Shown here piece after piece: positions 27,101 to 41,100 of a DNA stretch of 64,000 nucleotides. The stretch is from assembly GCF_009914755.1 (NCBI RefSeq), contig NC_060943.1; one strand, 5' to 3'. The notes under the pieces are model-generated. The model saw only the letters and a program-made list of their open reading frames with translations, searched no databases and was not told the origin of the DNA. The stretch is from the human T2T-CHM13v2.0 reference genome, Homo sapiens. Both the position numbers and the translations under genes were made by a program. The first letter of the stretch is position 1. Each line of letters opens with the position of its first letter.

Positions 27101-30100
27101 ATTCAACTCACAGAGTTGAACGATCCTTTACACAGAGCAGACTTGAAACACTCTTTTTGTGGAATTTGCAAGTGGAGATTTCAGCCGCTTTGAGTTCAAT
27201 GGTAGAATAGGAAATATCTTCCTATAGAAACTAGACAGAATGATTCTCAGAAACTCCTTTGTGATGTGTGCGTTCAACTCACAGAGTTTAACCTTTCTTT
27301 TCATAGAGCAGTTAGGAAACACTCTGTTTGTAAAGTCTGCAAGTGGATATTCAGACATCCTTGAGGCTTTCGTTGGAAACGGGATTTCTTCATATTCTGC
27401 TAGAAAGAAGAATTCTCAGTAACTTCCTTGTGTTGTGTGTATTCAACTCACAGAGTTGAACGATCCTTTACACAGAGCAGACTTGAAACACTCCTTTTGT
27501 GGAATTTGCAAGTGGAGATTTCAGCCGCTTTGAGGTCAATGGTAGAATAGGAAATATCTTCCTATAGAAACTAGACAGAATGATTCTCAGAAACTCCTTT
27601 GTGATGTGTGCGTTCAACTCACAGAGTTTAACCTTTCTTTTCATAGAGCAGTTGGGAAACACTCTGTTTGTAAAGTCTGCAAGTGGATATTCCGACATCC
27701 TTGAGGCTTTCGTTGGAAACGGGATTTCTTCATATTCTGCTAGAAAGAAGAATTCTCAGTAACTTCCTTGTGTTGTGTGTATTCAACTCACAGAGTTGAA
27801 CGATCCTTTACACAGAGCAGACTTGAAACACTCCTTTTGTGGAATTTGCAAGTGGAGATTTCAGCCGCTTTGAGGTCAATGGTAGAATAGGAAATATCTT
27901 CCTATAGAAACTAGACAGAATGATTCTCAGAAACTCCTTTGTGATGTGTGCGTTCAACTCACAGAGTTCAACCTTTCTTTTCATAGAGCAGTTGGGAAAC
28001 ACTCTGTTTGTAAAGTCTGCAAGTGGATATTCAGACTTCTTTGAGGCCTTCGTTGGAAGCGGGATTTCTTCATATTCTGCTAGACAGAAGAATTCTCAGA
28101 AACTTCCTTGTGTTGTGTGTTTTCAACTCACAGAGTTGAACGATCCTTTACACAGAGCAGACTTGAAACACTCCTTTTGTGGAATTTGCAAGTGGAGATT
28201 TCAGCCGCTTTGAGGTCAATGGTAGAATAGGAAATATCTTCCTATAGAAAGTAGACAGAATGATTCTCAGAAACTCCTTTGTGATGTGTGCGTTCAACTC
28301 ACAGAGTTTAACCTTTCTTTTCATAGAGCAGTTAGGAAACACTCTGTTTGTAAAGTCTGCAAGTGGATATTCAGACCTCCTTGAGGCCTTCGTTGGAAAC
28401 GGGATTTCTTCATATTATGCTAGACAGAAGAATTCTCAGTAACTTCCTTGTGTTGTGTGTATTCAACTCACAGAGTTGAACGATCCTTTACACAGAGCAG
28501 ACTTGAAACACTCTTTTTGTGGAATTTGCAAGTGGAGATTTCAGCCGCTTTGAGTTCAATGGTAGAATAGGAAATATCTTCCTATAGAAACTAGACAGAA
28601 TGATTCTCAGAAACTCCTTTGTGATGTGTGCGTTCAACTCACAGAGTTTAACCTTTCTTTTCATAGAGCAGTTAGGAAACACTCTGTTTGTAAAGTCTGC
28701 AAGTGGATATTCAGACATCCTTGAGGCTTTCGTTGGAAACGGGATTTCTTCATATTCTGCTAGAAAGAAGAATTCTCAGTAACTTCCTTGTGTTGTGTGT
28801 ATTCAACTCACAGAGTTGAACGATCCTTTACACAGAGCAGACTTGAAACACTCCTTTTGTGGAATTTGCAAGTGGAGATTTCAGCCGCTTTGAGGTCAAT
28901 GGTAGAATAGGAAATATCTTCCTATAGAAACTAGACAGAATGATTCTCAGAAACTCCTTTGTGATGTGTGCGTTCAACTCACAGAGTTTAACCTTTCTTT
29001 TCATAGAGCAGTTGGGAAACACTCTGTTTGTAAAGTCTGCAAGTGGATATTCCGACATCCTTGAGGCTTTCGTTGGAAATGGGATTTCTTCATATTCTGC
29101 TAGAAAGAAGAATTCTCAGTAACTTCCTTGTGTTGTGTGTATTCAACTCACAGAGTTGAACGATCCTTTACACAGAGCAGACTTGAAACACTCTTTTTGT
29201 GGAATTTGCAAGTGGAGATTTCAGCCGCTTTGAGGTCAATGGTAGAATAGGAAATATCTTCCTATAGAAACTAGACAGAATGATTCTCAGAAACTCCTTT
29301 GTGATGTGTGCGTTCAACTCACACAGTTTAACCTTTCTTTTCATAGAGCAGTTAGGAAACACTCTGTTTGTAAAGTCTGCAAGTGGATATTCAGACCTCC
29401 TTGAGGCCTTCGTTGGAAACGGGATTTCTTCATATTATGCTAGACAGAAGAATTCTCAGTAACTTCCTTGTGTTGTGTGTATTCAACTCACAGAGTTGAA
29501 CGATCCTTTACACAGAGCAGACTTGAAACACTCTTTTTGTGGAATTTGCAAGTGGAGATTTCAGCCGCTTTGAGTTCAATGGTAGAATAGGAAATATCTT
29601 CCTATAGAAACTAGACAGAATGATTCTCAGAAACTCCTTTGTGATGTGTGCGTTCAACTCACAGAGTTCAACCTTTCTTTTCATAGAGCAGTTGGGAAAC
29701 ACTCTGTTTGTAAAGTCTGCAAGTGGATATTCAGACTTCTTTGAGGCCTTCGTTGGAAGCGGGATTTCTTCATATTCTGCTAGACAGAAGAATTCTCAGT
29801 AACTTCCTTGTGTTGTGTGTATTCAACTCACAGAGTTGAACGATCCTTTACACAGAGCAGACTTGAAACACTCTTTTTGTGGAATTTGCAAGTGGAGATT
29901 TCAGCCGCTTTGAGGTCAATGGTAGAATAGGAAATATCTTCCTATAGAAACTAGACAGAATGATTCTCAGAAACTCCTTTGTGATGTGTGCGTTCAACTC
30001 ACAGAGTTTAACCTTTCTTTTCATAGAGCAGTTAGGAAACACTCTGTTTGTAAAGTCTGCAAGTGGATATTCAGACATCCTTGAGGCTTTCGTTGGAAAC

Positions 30101-32339
30101 GGGATTTCTTCATATTCTGCTAGAAAGAAGAATTCTCAGTAACTTCCTTGTGTTGTGTGTATTCAACTCACAGAGTTGAACGATCCTTTACACAGAGCAG
30201 ACTTGAAACACTCCTTTTGTGGAATTTGCAAGTGGAGATTTCAGCCGCTTTGAGGTCAATGGTAGAATAGGAAATATCTTCCTATGGAAACTAGACAGAA
30301 TGATTCTCAGAAACTCCTTTGTGATGTGTGCGTTCAACTCACAGAGTTTAACCTTTCTTTTCATAGAGCAGTTGGGAAACACTCTGTTTGTAAAGTCTGC
30401 AAGTGGATATTCAGACATCCTTGAGGCTTTCGTTGGAAACGGGATTTCTTCATATTCTGCTAGAAAGAAGAATTCTCAGTAACTTCCTTGTGTTGTGTGT
30501 ATTCAACTCACAGAGTTGCACGATCCTTTACACAGAGCAGACTTGAAACACTCTTTTTGTGGAATTTGCAAGTGGAGATTTCAGCCGCTTTGAGGTCAAT
30601 GGTAGAATAGGAAATATCTTCCTATAGAAACTAGACAGAATGATTCTCAGAAACTTCTTTGTGATGTGTGCGTTCAACTCACAGAGTTTAACCTTTCTTT
30701 TCATAGAGCAGTTAGGAAACACTCTGTTTGTAAAGTCTGCAAGTGGATATTCAGACCTCCTTGAGGCCTTCGTTGGAAGCGGGATTTCTTCATGTTCTGC
30801 TAGACAGAAGAATTCTCAGAAACTTCCTTGTGTTGTGTGTTTTCAACTCACAGAGTTGAACGATCCTTTACACAGAGCAGACTTGAAACACTCCTTTTGT
30901 GGAATTTGCAAGTGGAGATTTCAGCCGCTTTGAGGTCAATGGTAGAATAGGAAATATCTTCCTATAGAAACTAGACAGAATGATTCTCAGAAACTCCTTT
31001 GTGATGTGTGCGTTCAACTCACAGAGTTCAACCTTTCTTTTCATAGAGCAGTTGAGAAACACTCTGTTTGTAAAGTCTGCAAGTGGATATTCAGACTTCT
31101 TTGAGGCCTTCGTTGGAAGCGGGATTTCTTCATATTCTGCTAGACAGAAGAATTCTCAGAAACTTCCTTGTGTTGTGTGTTTTCAACTCACAGAGTTGAA
31201 CGATCCTTTACACAGAGCAGACTTGAAACACTCCTTTTGTGGAATTTGCAAGTGGAGATTTCAGCCGCTTTGAGGTCAATGGTAGAATAGGAAATATCTT
31301 CCTATAGAAAGTAGACAGAATGATTCTCAGAAACTCCTTTGTGATGTGTGCGTTCAACTCACAGAGTTTAACCTTTCTTTTCATACAGCAGTTAGGAAAC
31401 ACTCTGTTTGTAAAGTCTGCAAGTGGATATTCAGACCTCCTTGAGGCCTTCGTTGGAAACGGGATTTCTTCATATTATGCTAGACAGAAGAATTCTCAGT
31501 AACTTCCTTGTGTTGTGTGTATTCAACTCACAGAGTTGAACGATCCTTTACACAGAGCAGACTTGAAACACTCTTTTTGTGGAATTTGCAAGTGGAGATT
31601 TCAGCCGCTTTGAGTTCAATGGTAGAATAGGAAATATCTTCCTATAGAAACTAGACAGAATGATTCTCAGAAACTCCTTTGTGATGTGTGCGTTCAACTC
31701 ACAGAGTTTAACCTTTCTTTTCATAGAGCAGTTAGGAAACACTCTGTTTGTAAAGTCTGCAAGTGGATATTCAGACATCCTTGAGGCTTTCGTTGGAAAC
31801 GGGATTTCTTCATATTCTGCTAGAAAGAAGAATTCTCAGTAACTTCCTTGTGTTGTGTGTATTCAACTCACAGAGTTGAACGATCCTTTACACAGAGCAG
31901 ACTTGAAACACTCCTTTTGTGGAATTTGCAAGTGGAGATTTCAGCCGCTTTGAGGTCAATGGTAGAATAGGAAATATCTTCCTATAGAAACTAGACAGAA
32001 TGATTCTCAGAAACTCCTTTGTGATGTGTGCGTTCAACTCACAGAGTTTAACCTTTCTTTTCATAGAGCAGTTGGGAAACACTCTGTTTGTAAAGTCTGC
32101 AAGTGGATATTCGGACATCCTTGAGGCTTTCGTTGGAAACGGGATTTCTTCATATTCTGCTAGAAAGAAGAATTCTCAGTAACTTCCTTGTGTTGTGTGT
32201 ATTCAACTCACAGAGTTGAACGATCCTTTACACAGAGCAGACTTGAAACACTCTTTTTGTGGAATTTGCAAGTGGAGATTTCAGCCGCTTTGAGGTCAAT
32301 GGTAGAATAGGAAATATCTTCCTATAGAAACTAGACAGA
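24180..32339 (+). repeat. Local duplication: 24180-27900 approx. 28600-32320 (offset 4420, 13 dimers)
   Basis: Shared tccgac (24633/29053), CENP-B box C>T (24660/29080) and G>C in ..acagca (26966/31386). The dimer order I-I-L-F-I-I-C-F-L-I-I is the same. Confidence 0.85.
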
Positions 32340-34379
32340 ATGATTCTCAGAAACTCCTTTGTGATGTGTGCGTTCAACTCACACAGTTTAACCTTTCTTT
32401 TCATAGAGCTGTTAGGAAACACTCTGTTTGTAAAGTCTGCAAGTGGATATTCAGACCTCCTTGAGGCCTTCGTTGGAAACGGGATTTCTTCATATTATGC
32501 TAGACAGAAGAATTCTCAGTAACTTCCTTGTGTTGTGTGTATTCAACTCACAGAGTTGAACGATCCTTTACACAGAGCAGACTTGAAACACTCTTTTTGT
32601 GGAATTTGCAAGTGGAGATTTCAGCCGCTTTGAGTTCAATGGTAGAATAGGAAATATCTTCCTATAGAAACTAGACAGAATGATTCTCAGAAACTCCTTT
32701 GTGATGTGTGCGTTCAACTCACAGAGTTCAACCTTTCTTTTCATAGAGCAGTTGGGAAACACTCTGTTTGTAAAGTCTGCAAGTGGATATTCAGACTTCT
32801 TTGAGGCCTTCGTTGGAAGCGGGATTTCTTCATATTCTGCTAGACAGAAGAATTCTCAGAAACTTCCTTGTGTTGTGTATTTTCAACTCACAGAGTTGAA
32901 CGATCCTTTACACAGAGCAGACTTGAAACACTCCTTTTGTGGAATTTGCAAGTGGAGATTTCAGCCGCTTTGAGGTCAATGGTAGAATAGGAAATATCTT
33001 CCTATAGAAAGTAGACAGAATGATTCTCAGAAACTCCTTTGTGATGTGTGCGTTCAACTCACAGAGTTTAACCTTTCTTTTCATAGAGCAGTTAGGAAAC
33101 ACTCTGTTTGTAAAGTCTGCAAGTGGATATTCAGACCTCCTTGAGGCCTTCGTTGGAAACGGGATTTCTTCATATTATGCTAGACAGAAGAATTCTCAGT
33201 AACTTCCTTGTGTTGTGTGTATTCAACTCACAGAGTTGAACGATCCTTTACACAGAGCAGACTTGAAACACTCTTTTTGTGGAATTTGCAAGTGGAGATT
33301 TCAGCCGCTTTGAGTTCAATGGTAGAATAGGAAATATCTTCCTATAGAAACTAGACAGAATGATTCTCAGAAACTCCTTTGTGATGTGTGCGTTCAACTC
33401 ACAGAGTTCAACCTTTCTTTTCATAGAGCAGTTGGGAAACACTCTGTTTGTAAAGTCTGCAAGTGGATATTCAGACTTCTTTGAGGCCTTCGTTGGAAGC
33501 GGGATTTCTTCATATTCTGCTAGACAGAAGAATTCTCAGTAACTTCCTTGTGTTGTGTGTATTCAACTCACAGAGTTGAACGATCCTTTACACAGAGCAG
33601 ACTTGAAACACTCTTTTTGTGGAATTTGCAAGTGGAGATTTCAGCCGCTTTGAGGTCAATGGTAGAATAGGAAATATCTTCCTATAGAAACTAGACAGAA
33701 TGATTCTCAGAAACTCCTTTGTGATGTGTGCGTTCAACTCACAGAGTTTAACCTTTCTTTTCATAGAGCAGTTAGGAAACTCTCTGTTTGTAAAGTCTGC
33801 AAGTGGATATTCAGACATCCTTGAGGCTTTCGTTGGAAACGGGATTTCTTCATATTCTGCTAGAAAGAAGAATTCTCAGTAACTTCCTTGTGTTGTGTGT
33901 ATTCAACTCACAGAGTTGAACGATCCTTTACACAGAGCAGACTTGAAACACTCCTTTTGTGGAATTTGCAAGTGGAGATTTCAGCCGCTTTGAGGTCAAT
34001 GGTAGAATAGGAAATATCTTCCTATAGAAACTAGACAGAATGATTCTCAGAAACTCCTTTGTGATGTGTGCGTTCAACTCACAGAGTTTAACCTTTCTTT
34101 TCATAGAGCAGTTGGGAAACACTCTGTTTGTAAAGTCTGCAAGTGGATATTCAGACATCCTTGAGGCTTTCGTTGGAAACGGGATTTCTTCATATTCTGC
34201 TAGAAAGAAGAATTCTCAGTAACTTCCTTGTGTTGTGTGTATTCAACTCACAGAGTTGCACGATCCTTTACACAGAGCAGACTTGAAACACTCTTTTTGT
34301 GGAATTTGCAAGTGGAGATTTCAGCCGCTTTGAGGTCAATGGTAGAATAGGAAATATCTTCCTATAGAAACTAGACAGA

Positions 34380-37300
34380 ATGATTCTCAGAAACTTCTTT
34401 GTGATGTGTGCGTTCAACTCACAGAGTTTAACCTTTCTTTTCATAGAGCAGTTAGGAAACACTCTGTTTGTAAAGTCTGCAAGTGGATATTCAGACCTCC
34501 TTGAGGCCTTCGTTGGAAGCGGGATTTCTTCATGTTCTGCTAGACAGAAGAATTCTCAGAAACTTCCTTGTGTTGTGTGTTTTCAACTCACAGAGTTGAA
34601 CGATCCTTTACACAGAGCAGACTTGAAACACTCCTTTTGTGGAATTTGCAAGTGGAGATTTCAGCCGCTTTGAGGTCAATGGTAGAATAGGAAATATCTT
34701 CCTATAGAAAGTAGACAGAATGATTCTCAGAAACTCCTTTGTGATGTGTGCGTTCAACTCACAGAGTTTAACCTTTCTTTTCATAGAGCAGTTAGGAAAC
34801 ACTCTGTTTGTAAAGTCTGCAAGTGGATATTCAGACCTCCTTGAGGCCTTCGTTGGAAGCGGGATTTCTTCATGTTCTGCTAGACAGAAGAATTCTCAGA
34901 AACTTCCTTGTGTTGTGTGTTTTCAACTCACAGAGTTGAACGATCCTTTACACAGAGCAGACTTGAAACACTCCTTTTGTGGAATTTGCAAGTGGAGATT
35001 TCAGCCGCTTTGAGGTCAATGGTAGAATAGGAAATATCTTCCTATAGAAACTAGACAGAATGATTCTGAGAAATCCTTTGTGATGTGTGCGTTCAACTCA
35101 CAGAGTTTAACCTTTCTTTTCATAGAGCAGTTAGGAAACACTCTGTTTGTAAAGTCTGCAAGTGGATATTCAGACCTCCTTGAGGCCTTCGTTGGAAACG
35201 GGATTTGTTCATATTATGCTAGACAGAGGAATTCTCAGGAACTTCCTTGTGTTGTGTGTATTCAACTCACAGAGTTGAACGATCCTTTACACAGAGCAGA
35301 CTTGAAACACTCTTTTGGTGGAATTTGCAAGTGGAGATTTCAGCCGCTTTGAGTTCAATGGTAGAATAGGAAATATCTTCCTATAGAAACTACACAGAAT
35401 GATTCTCAGAAACTGCTTTGTGATGTGTGCGTTCAACTCACAGAGTTCAACCTTTCTTTTCATAGAGCAGTTGGGAAACACTCTGTTTGTAAAGTCTGCA
35501 AGTGGATATTCAGACTTCTTTGAGGCCTTCGTTGGAAGCGGGATTTCTTCATGTTCTGCTAGACAGAAGAATTCTCAGAAACTTCCTTGTGTTGTGTGTT
35601 TTCAACTCACAGAGTTGAACGATCGTTTACACAGAGCAGACTTGAAACACTCCTTTTGTGGAATTTGCAAGTGGAGATTTCAGCCGCTTTGAGGTCAATG
35701 GTAGAATAGGAAATATCTTCCTATAGAAAGTAGACAGAATGATTCTCAGAAACTCCTTTGTGATGTGTGCGTTCAACTCACAGAGTTTAACCTTTCTTTT
35801 CATAGAGCAGTTAGGAAACACTCTGTTTGTAAAGTCTGCAAGTGGATATTCAGACTTCCTTGAGGCTTTCGTTGGAAACGGGATTTCTTCATATTATGCT
35901 AGACAGAAGAATTCTCAGTAACTTCCTTTTGTTGTGTGTATTCAACTCACAGAGTTGAACGATCCTTTACACAGAGCAGACTTGAAACACTCTTTTTGTG
36001 GAATTTGCAAGTGGAGATTTCAGCCGCTGTGAGTTCAATGGTAGAATAGGAAATATCTTCCTATAGAAACTAGACAGAATGATTCTCAGAAACTCCTTTG
36101 TGATGTGTGCCTTCAACTCACAGAGTTCAACCTTTCTTTTCATAGAGCAGTTGGGAAACACTCTGTTTGTAAAGTCTGCAAGTGGATATTCAGACTTTGA
36201 GGCCTTCGTTGGAAGCGGGATTTCTTCATATTTTGCTAGACAGAAGAATTCTCAGTAACTGCCTTGTGTTGTGTGTATTCAACTCACAGAGTTGAACGAT
36301 CCTTTACACAGAGCAGACTTGAAACACTCTTTTTGTGGAATTTGCAAGTGGAGATTTCAGCCGCTTTGAGGTCAATGGTAGAATAGGAAATATCTTCCTA
36401 TAGAAACTAGACAGAATGATTCTCAGAAACTCCTTTGTGATGTGTGCGTTCAACTCACAGAGTTTAACCTTTCTTTTCATAGAGCAGTTAGGAAACACTC
36501 TGTTTGTAAAGTCTGCAAGTGGATATTCAGACATCCTTGAGGCTTTCGTTGGAAACGGGATTTCTTCATATTCTGCTAGAAAGAAGAATTCTCAGTAACT
36601 TCCTTGTGTTGTGTGTATTCAACTCACAGAGTTGCACGATCCTTTACACAGAGCAGACTTGAAACACTCTTTTTGTGGAATTTGCAAGTGGAGATTTCAG
36701 CCGCTTTGAGGTCAATGGTAGAATAGGAAATATCTTCCTATAGAAACTAGACAGAATGATTCTCAGAAACTTCTTTGTGATGTGTGCGTTCAACTCACAG
36801 AGTTTAACCTTTCTTTTCATAGAGCAGTTAGGAAACACTCTGTTTGAAAAGTCTGCAAGTGGATATTCAGACCTCCTTGAGGCCTTCGTTGGAAGCGGGA
36901 TTTCTTCATGTTCTGCTAGACAGAAGAATTCTCAGAAACTTCCTTGTGTTGTGTGTTTTCAACTCACAGAGTTGAACGATCCTTTACACAGAGCAGACTT
37001 GAAACACTCCTTTTGTGGAATTTGCAAGTGGAGATTTCAGCCGCTTTGAGGTCAATGGTAGAATAGGAAATATCTTCCTATAGAAAGTAGACAGAATGAT
37101 TCTCAGAAACTCCTTTGTGATGTGTGCGTTCAACTCACAGAGTTTAACCTTTCTTTTCATAGAGCAGTTAGGAAACACTCTGTTTGTAAAGTCTGCAAGT
37201 GGATATTCAGACCTCCTTGAGGCCTTCGTTGGAAGCGGGATTTCTTCATGTTCTGCTAGACAGAAGAATTCTCAGAAACTTCCTTGTGTTGTGTGTTTTC

Positions 37301-38114
37301 AACTCACAGAGTTGAACGATCCTTTACACAGAGCAGACTTGAAACACTCCTTTTGTGGAATTTGCAAGTGGAGATTTCAGCCGCTTTGAGGTCAATGGTA
37401 GAATAGGAAATATCTTCCTATAGAAACTAGACAGAATGATTCTGAGAAATCCTTTGTGATGTGTGCGTTCAACTCACAGAGTTTAACCTTTCTTTTCATA
37501 GAGCAGTTAGGAAACACTCTGTTTGTAAAGTCTGCAAGTGGATATTCAGACCTCCTTGAGGCCTTCGTTGGAAACGGGATTTGTTCATATTATGCTAGAC
37601 AGAGGAATTCTCAGGAACTTCCTTGTGTTGTGTGTATTCAACTCACAGAGTTGAACGATCCTTTACACAGAGCAGACTTGAAACACTCTTTTGGTGGAAT
37701 TTGCAAGTGGAGATTTCAGCCTCTTTGAGTTCAATGGTAGAATAGGAAATATCTTCCTATAGAAACTACACAGAATGATTCTCAGAAACTGCTTTGTGAT
37801 GTGTGCGTTCAACTCACAGAGTTCAACCTTTCTTTTCATAGAGCAGTTGGGAAACACTCTGTTTGTAAAGTCTGCAAGTGGATATTCAGACTTCTTTGAG
37901 GCCTTCGTTGGAAGCGGGATTTCTTCATGTTCTGCTAGACAGAAGAATTCTCAGAAACTTCCTTGTGTTGTGTGTTTTCAACTCACAGAGTTGAACGATC
38001 CTTTACACAGAGCAGACTTGAAACACTCCTTTTGTGGAATTTGCAAGTGGAGATTTCAGCCGCTTTGAGGTCAATGGTAGAATAGGAAATATCTTCCTAT
38101 AGAAAGTAGACAGA
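34380..38114 (+). repeat. Local duplication: 34380-35738 approx. 36756-38114 (offset 2376) carrying a divergent dimer pair
   Basis: Both copies read C-C-divergent-divergent and share a 1-bp deletion (35073/37449) plus seven substitutions. Confidence 0.9.
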
Positions 38115-41100
38115 ATGATTCTCAGAAACTCCTTTGTGATGTGTGCGTTCAACTCACAGAGTTCAACCTTTCTTTTCATAGAGCAGTTGGGAAACACTCT
38201 GTTTGTAAAGTCTGCAAGTGGATATTCAGACTTCTTTGAGGCCTTCGTTGGAAGCGGGATTTCTTCATATTCTGCTAGACAGAAGAATTCTCAGAAACTT
38301 CCTTGTGTTGTGTGTTTTCAACTCACAGAGTTGAACGATCCTTTACACAGAGCAGACTTGAAACACTCCTTTTGTGGAATTTGCAAGTGGAGATTTCAGC
38401 CGCTTTGAGGTCAATGGTAGAATAGGAAATATCTTCCTATAGAAAGTAGACAGAATGATTCTCAGAAACTCCTTTGTGATGTGTGCGTTCAACTCACAGA
38501 GTTTAACCTTTCTTTTCATAGAGCAGTTAGGAAACACTCTGTTTGTAAAGTCTGCAAGTGGATATTCAGACCTCCTTGAGGCCTTCGTTGGAAACGGGAT
38601 TTCTTCATCTTCTGCTAGACAGAAGAATTCTCAGTAACTTCCTTGTGTTGTGTGTATTCAACTCACAGAGTTGAACGATCCTTTACACAGAGCAGACTTG
38701 AAACACTCTTTTTGTGGAATTTGCAAGTGGAGATTTCAGCCGCTTTGAGGTCAATGGTAGAATAGGAAATATCTTCCTATAGAAACTAGACAGAATGATT
38801 CTCAGAAACTCCTTTGTGATGTGTGCGTTCAACTCACAGAGTTTAACCTTTCTTTTCATAGAGCAGTTAGGAAACACTCTGTTTGTAAAGTCTGCAAGTG
38901 GATATTCAGACATCCTTGAGGCTTTCGTTGGAAACGGGATTTCTTCATATTCTGCTAGAAAGAAGAATTCTCAGTAACTTCCTTGTGTTGTGTGTATTCA
39001 ACTCACAGAGTTGAACGATCCTTTACACAGAGCAGACTTGAAACACTCTTTTTGTGGAATTTGCAAGTGGAGATTTCAGCCGCTTTGAGTTCAATGGTAG
39101 AATAGGAAATATCTTCCTATAGAAACTAGACAGAATGATTCTCAGAAACTCCTTTGTGATGTGTGCGTTCAACTCACAGAGTTCAACCTTTCTTTTCATA
39201 GAGCAGTTGGGAAACACTTTGTTTGTAAAGTCTGTAAGTGGATATTCAGACTTCTTTGAGGCCTTCGTTGGAAGCGGGGTTTCTTCATATTCTGCTAGAC
39301 AGAAGAATTCTCAGAAACTTCCTTGTGTTGTGTGTTTTCAACTCACAGAGTTGAACGATCCTTTACACAGAGCAGACTTGAAACACTCCTTTTGTGGAAT
39401 TTGCAAGTGGAGATTTCAGCCGCTTTGAGGTCAATGGTAGAATAGGAAATATCTTCCTATAGAAAGTAGACAGAATGATTCTCAGAAACTCCTTTGTGAT
39501 GTGTGCGTTCAACTCACAGAGTTTAACCTTTCTTTTCATAGAGCAGTTAGGAAACACTCTGTTTGTAAAGTCTGCAAGTGGATATTCAGACCTCCTTGAG
39601 GCCTTCGTTGGAAACGGGATTTCTTCATATTCTGCTAGACAGAAGAATTCTCAGTAACTTCCTTGTGTTGTGTGTATTCAACTCACAGAGTTGAACGATC
39701 CTTTACACAGAGCAGACTTGAAACACTCTTTTTGTGGAATTTGCAAGTGGAGATTTCAGCCGCTTTGAGGTCAATGGTAGAATAGGAAATATCTTCCTAT
39801 AGAAACTAGACAGAATGATTCTCAGAAACTCCTTTGTGATGTGTGCGTTCAACTCACAGAGTTTAACATTTCTTTTCATAGAGCAGTTAGGAAACACTCT
39901 GTTTGTAAAGTCTGCAAGTGGATATTCAGACATCCTTGAGGCTTTCGTTGGAAACGGGATTTCTTCATATTCTGCTAGAAAGAAGAATTCTCAGTAACTT
40001 CCTTGTGTTGTGTGTATTCAACTCACAGAGTTGAACGATCCTTTACACAGAGCAGACTTGAAACACTCCTTTTGTGGAATTTGCAAGTGGAGATTTCAGC
40101 CGCTTTGAGGTCAATGGTAGAATAGGAAATATCTTCCTATAGAAACTAGACAGAATGATTCTCAGAAACTCCTTTGTGATGTGTGCGTTCAACTCACAGA
40201 GTTTAACCTTTCTTTTCATAGAGCAGTTGGGAAACACTCTGTTTGTAAAGTCTGCAAGTGGATATTCAGACTTCTTTGAGGCCTTCGTTGGAAGCGGGAT
40301 TTCTTCATGTTCTGCTAGACAGAAGAATTCTCAGAAACTTCCTTGTGTTGTGTGTTTTCAACTCACAGAGTTGAACGATCCTTTACACAGAGCAGACTTG
40401 AAACACTCCTTTTGTGGAATTTGCAAGTGGAGATTTCAGCCGCTTTGAGGTCAATGGTAGAATAGGAAATATCTTCCTATAGAAAGTAGACAGAATGATT
40501 CTCAGAAACTCCTTTGTGATGTGTGCGTTCAACTCACAGAGTTTAACCTTTCTTTTCATAGAGCAGTTAGGAAACACTCTGTTTGTAAAGTCTGCAAGTG
40601 GATATTCAGACTTCCTTGAGGCCTTCGTTGGAAACGGGATTTCTTCATATTCTGCTAGACAGAAGAATTCTCAGTAACTTCCTTGTGTTGTGTGTATTCA
40701 ACTCACAGAGTTGAACGATCCTTTACACAGAGCAGACTTGAAACACTCTTTTTGTGGAATTTGCAAGTGGAGATTTCAGCCGCTGTGAGTTCAATGGTAG
40801 AATAGGAAATATCTTCCTATAGAAACTAGACAGAATGATTCTCAGAAACTCCTTTGTGATGTGTGCCTTCAACTCACAGAGTTCAACCTTTCTTTTCATA
40901 GAGCAGTTGGGAAACACTCTGTTTGTAAAGTCTGCAAGTGGATATTCAGACTTTGAGGCCTTCGTTGGAAGCGGGATTTCTTCATATTCTGCTAGACAGA
41001 AGAATTCTCAGTAACTGCCTTGTGTTGTGTGTATTCAACTCACAGAGTTGAACGATCCTTTACACAGAGCAGACTTGAAACACTCTTTTTGTGGAATTTG

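Noticed and set aside
30219-30482. Longer 87-aa ORF variant
   Set aside because: It is created by one A>G (cctatgg at 30286) removing a stop codon in a single dimer, with no sign of coding function.
39263-39279. CENP-B box variant ending gcgggg (also 43000-43016) as a dead box
   Set aside because: The change is at position 17, outside the nine essential bases, so it is probably still bound.
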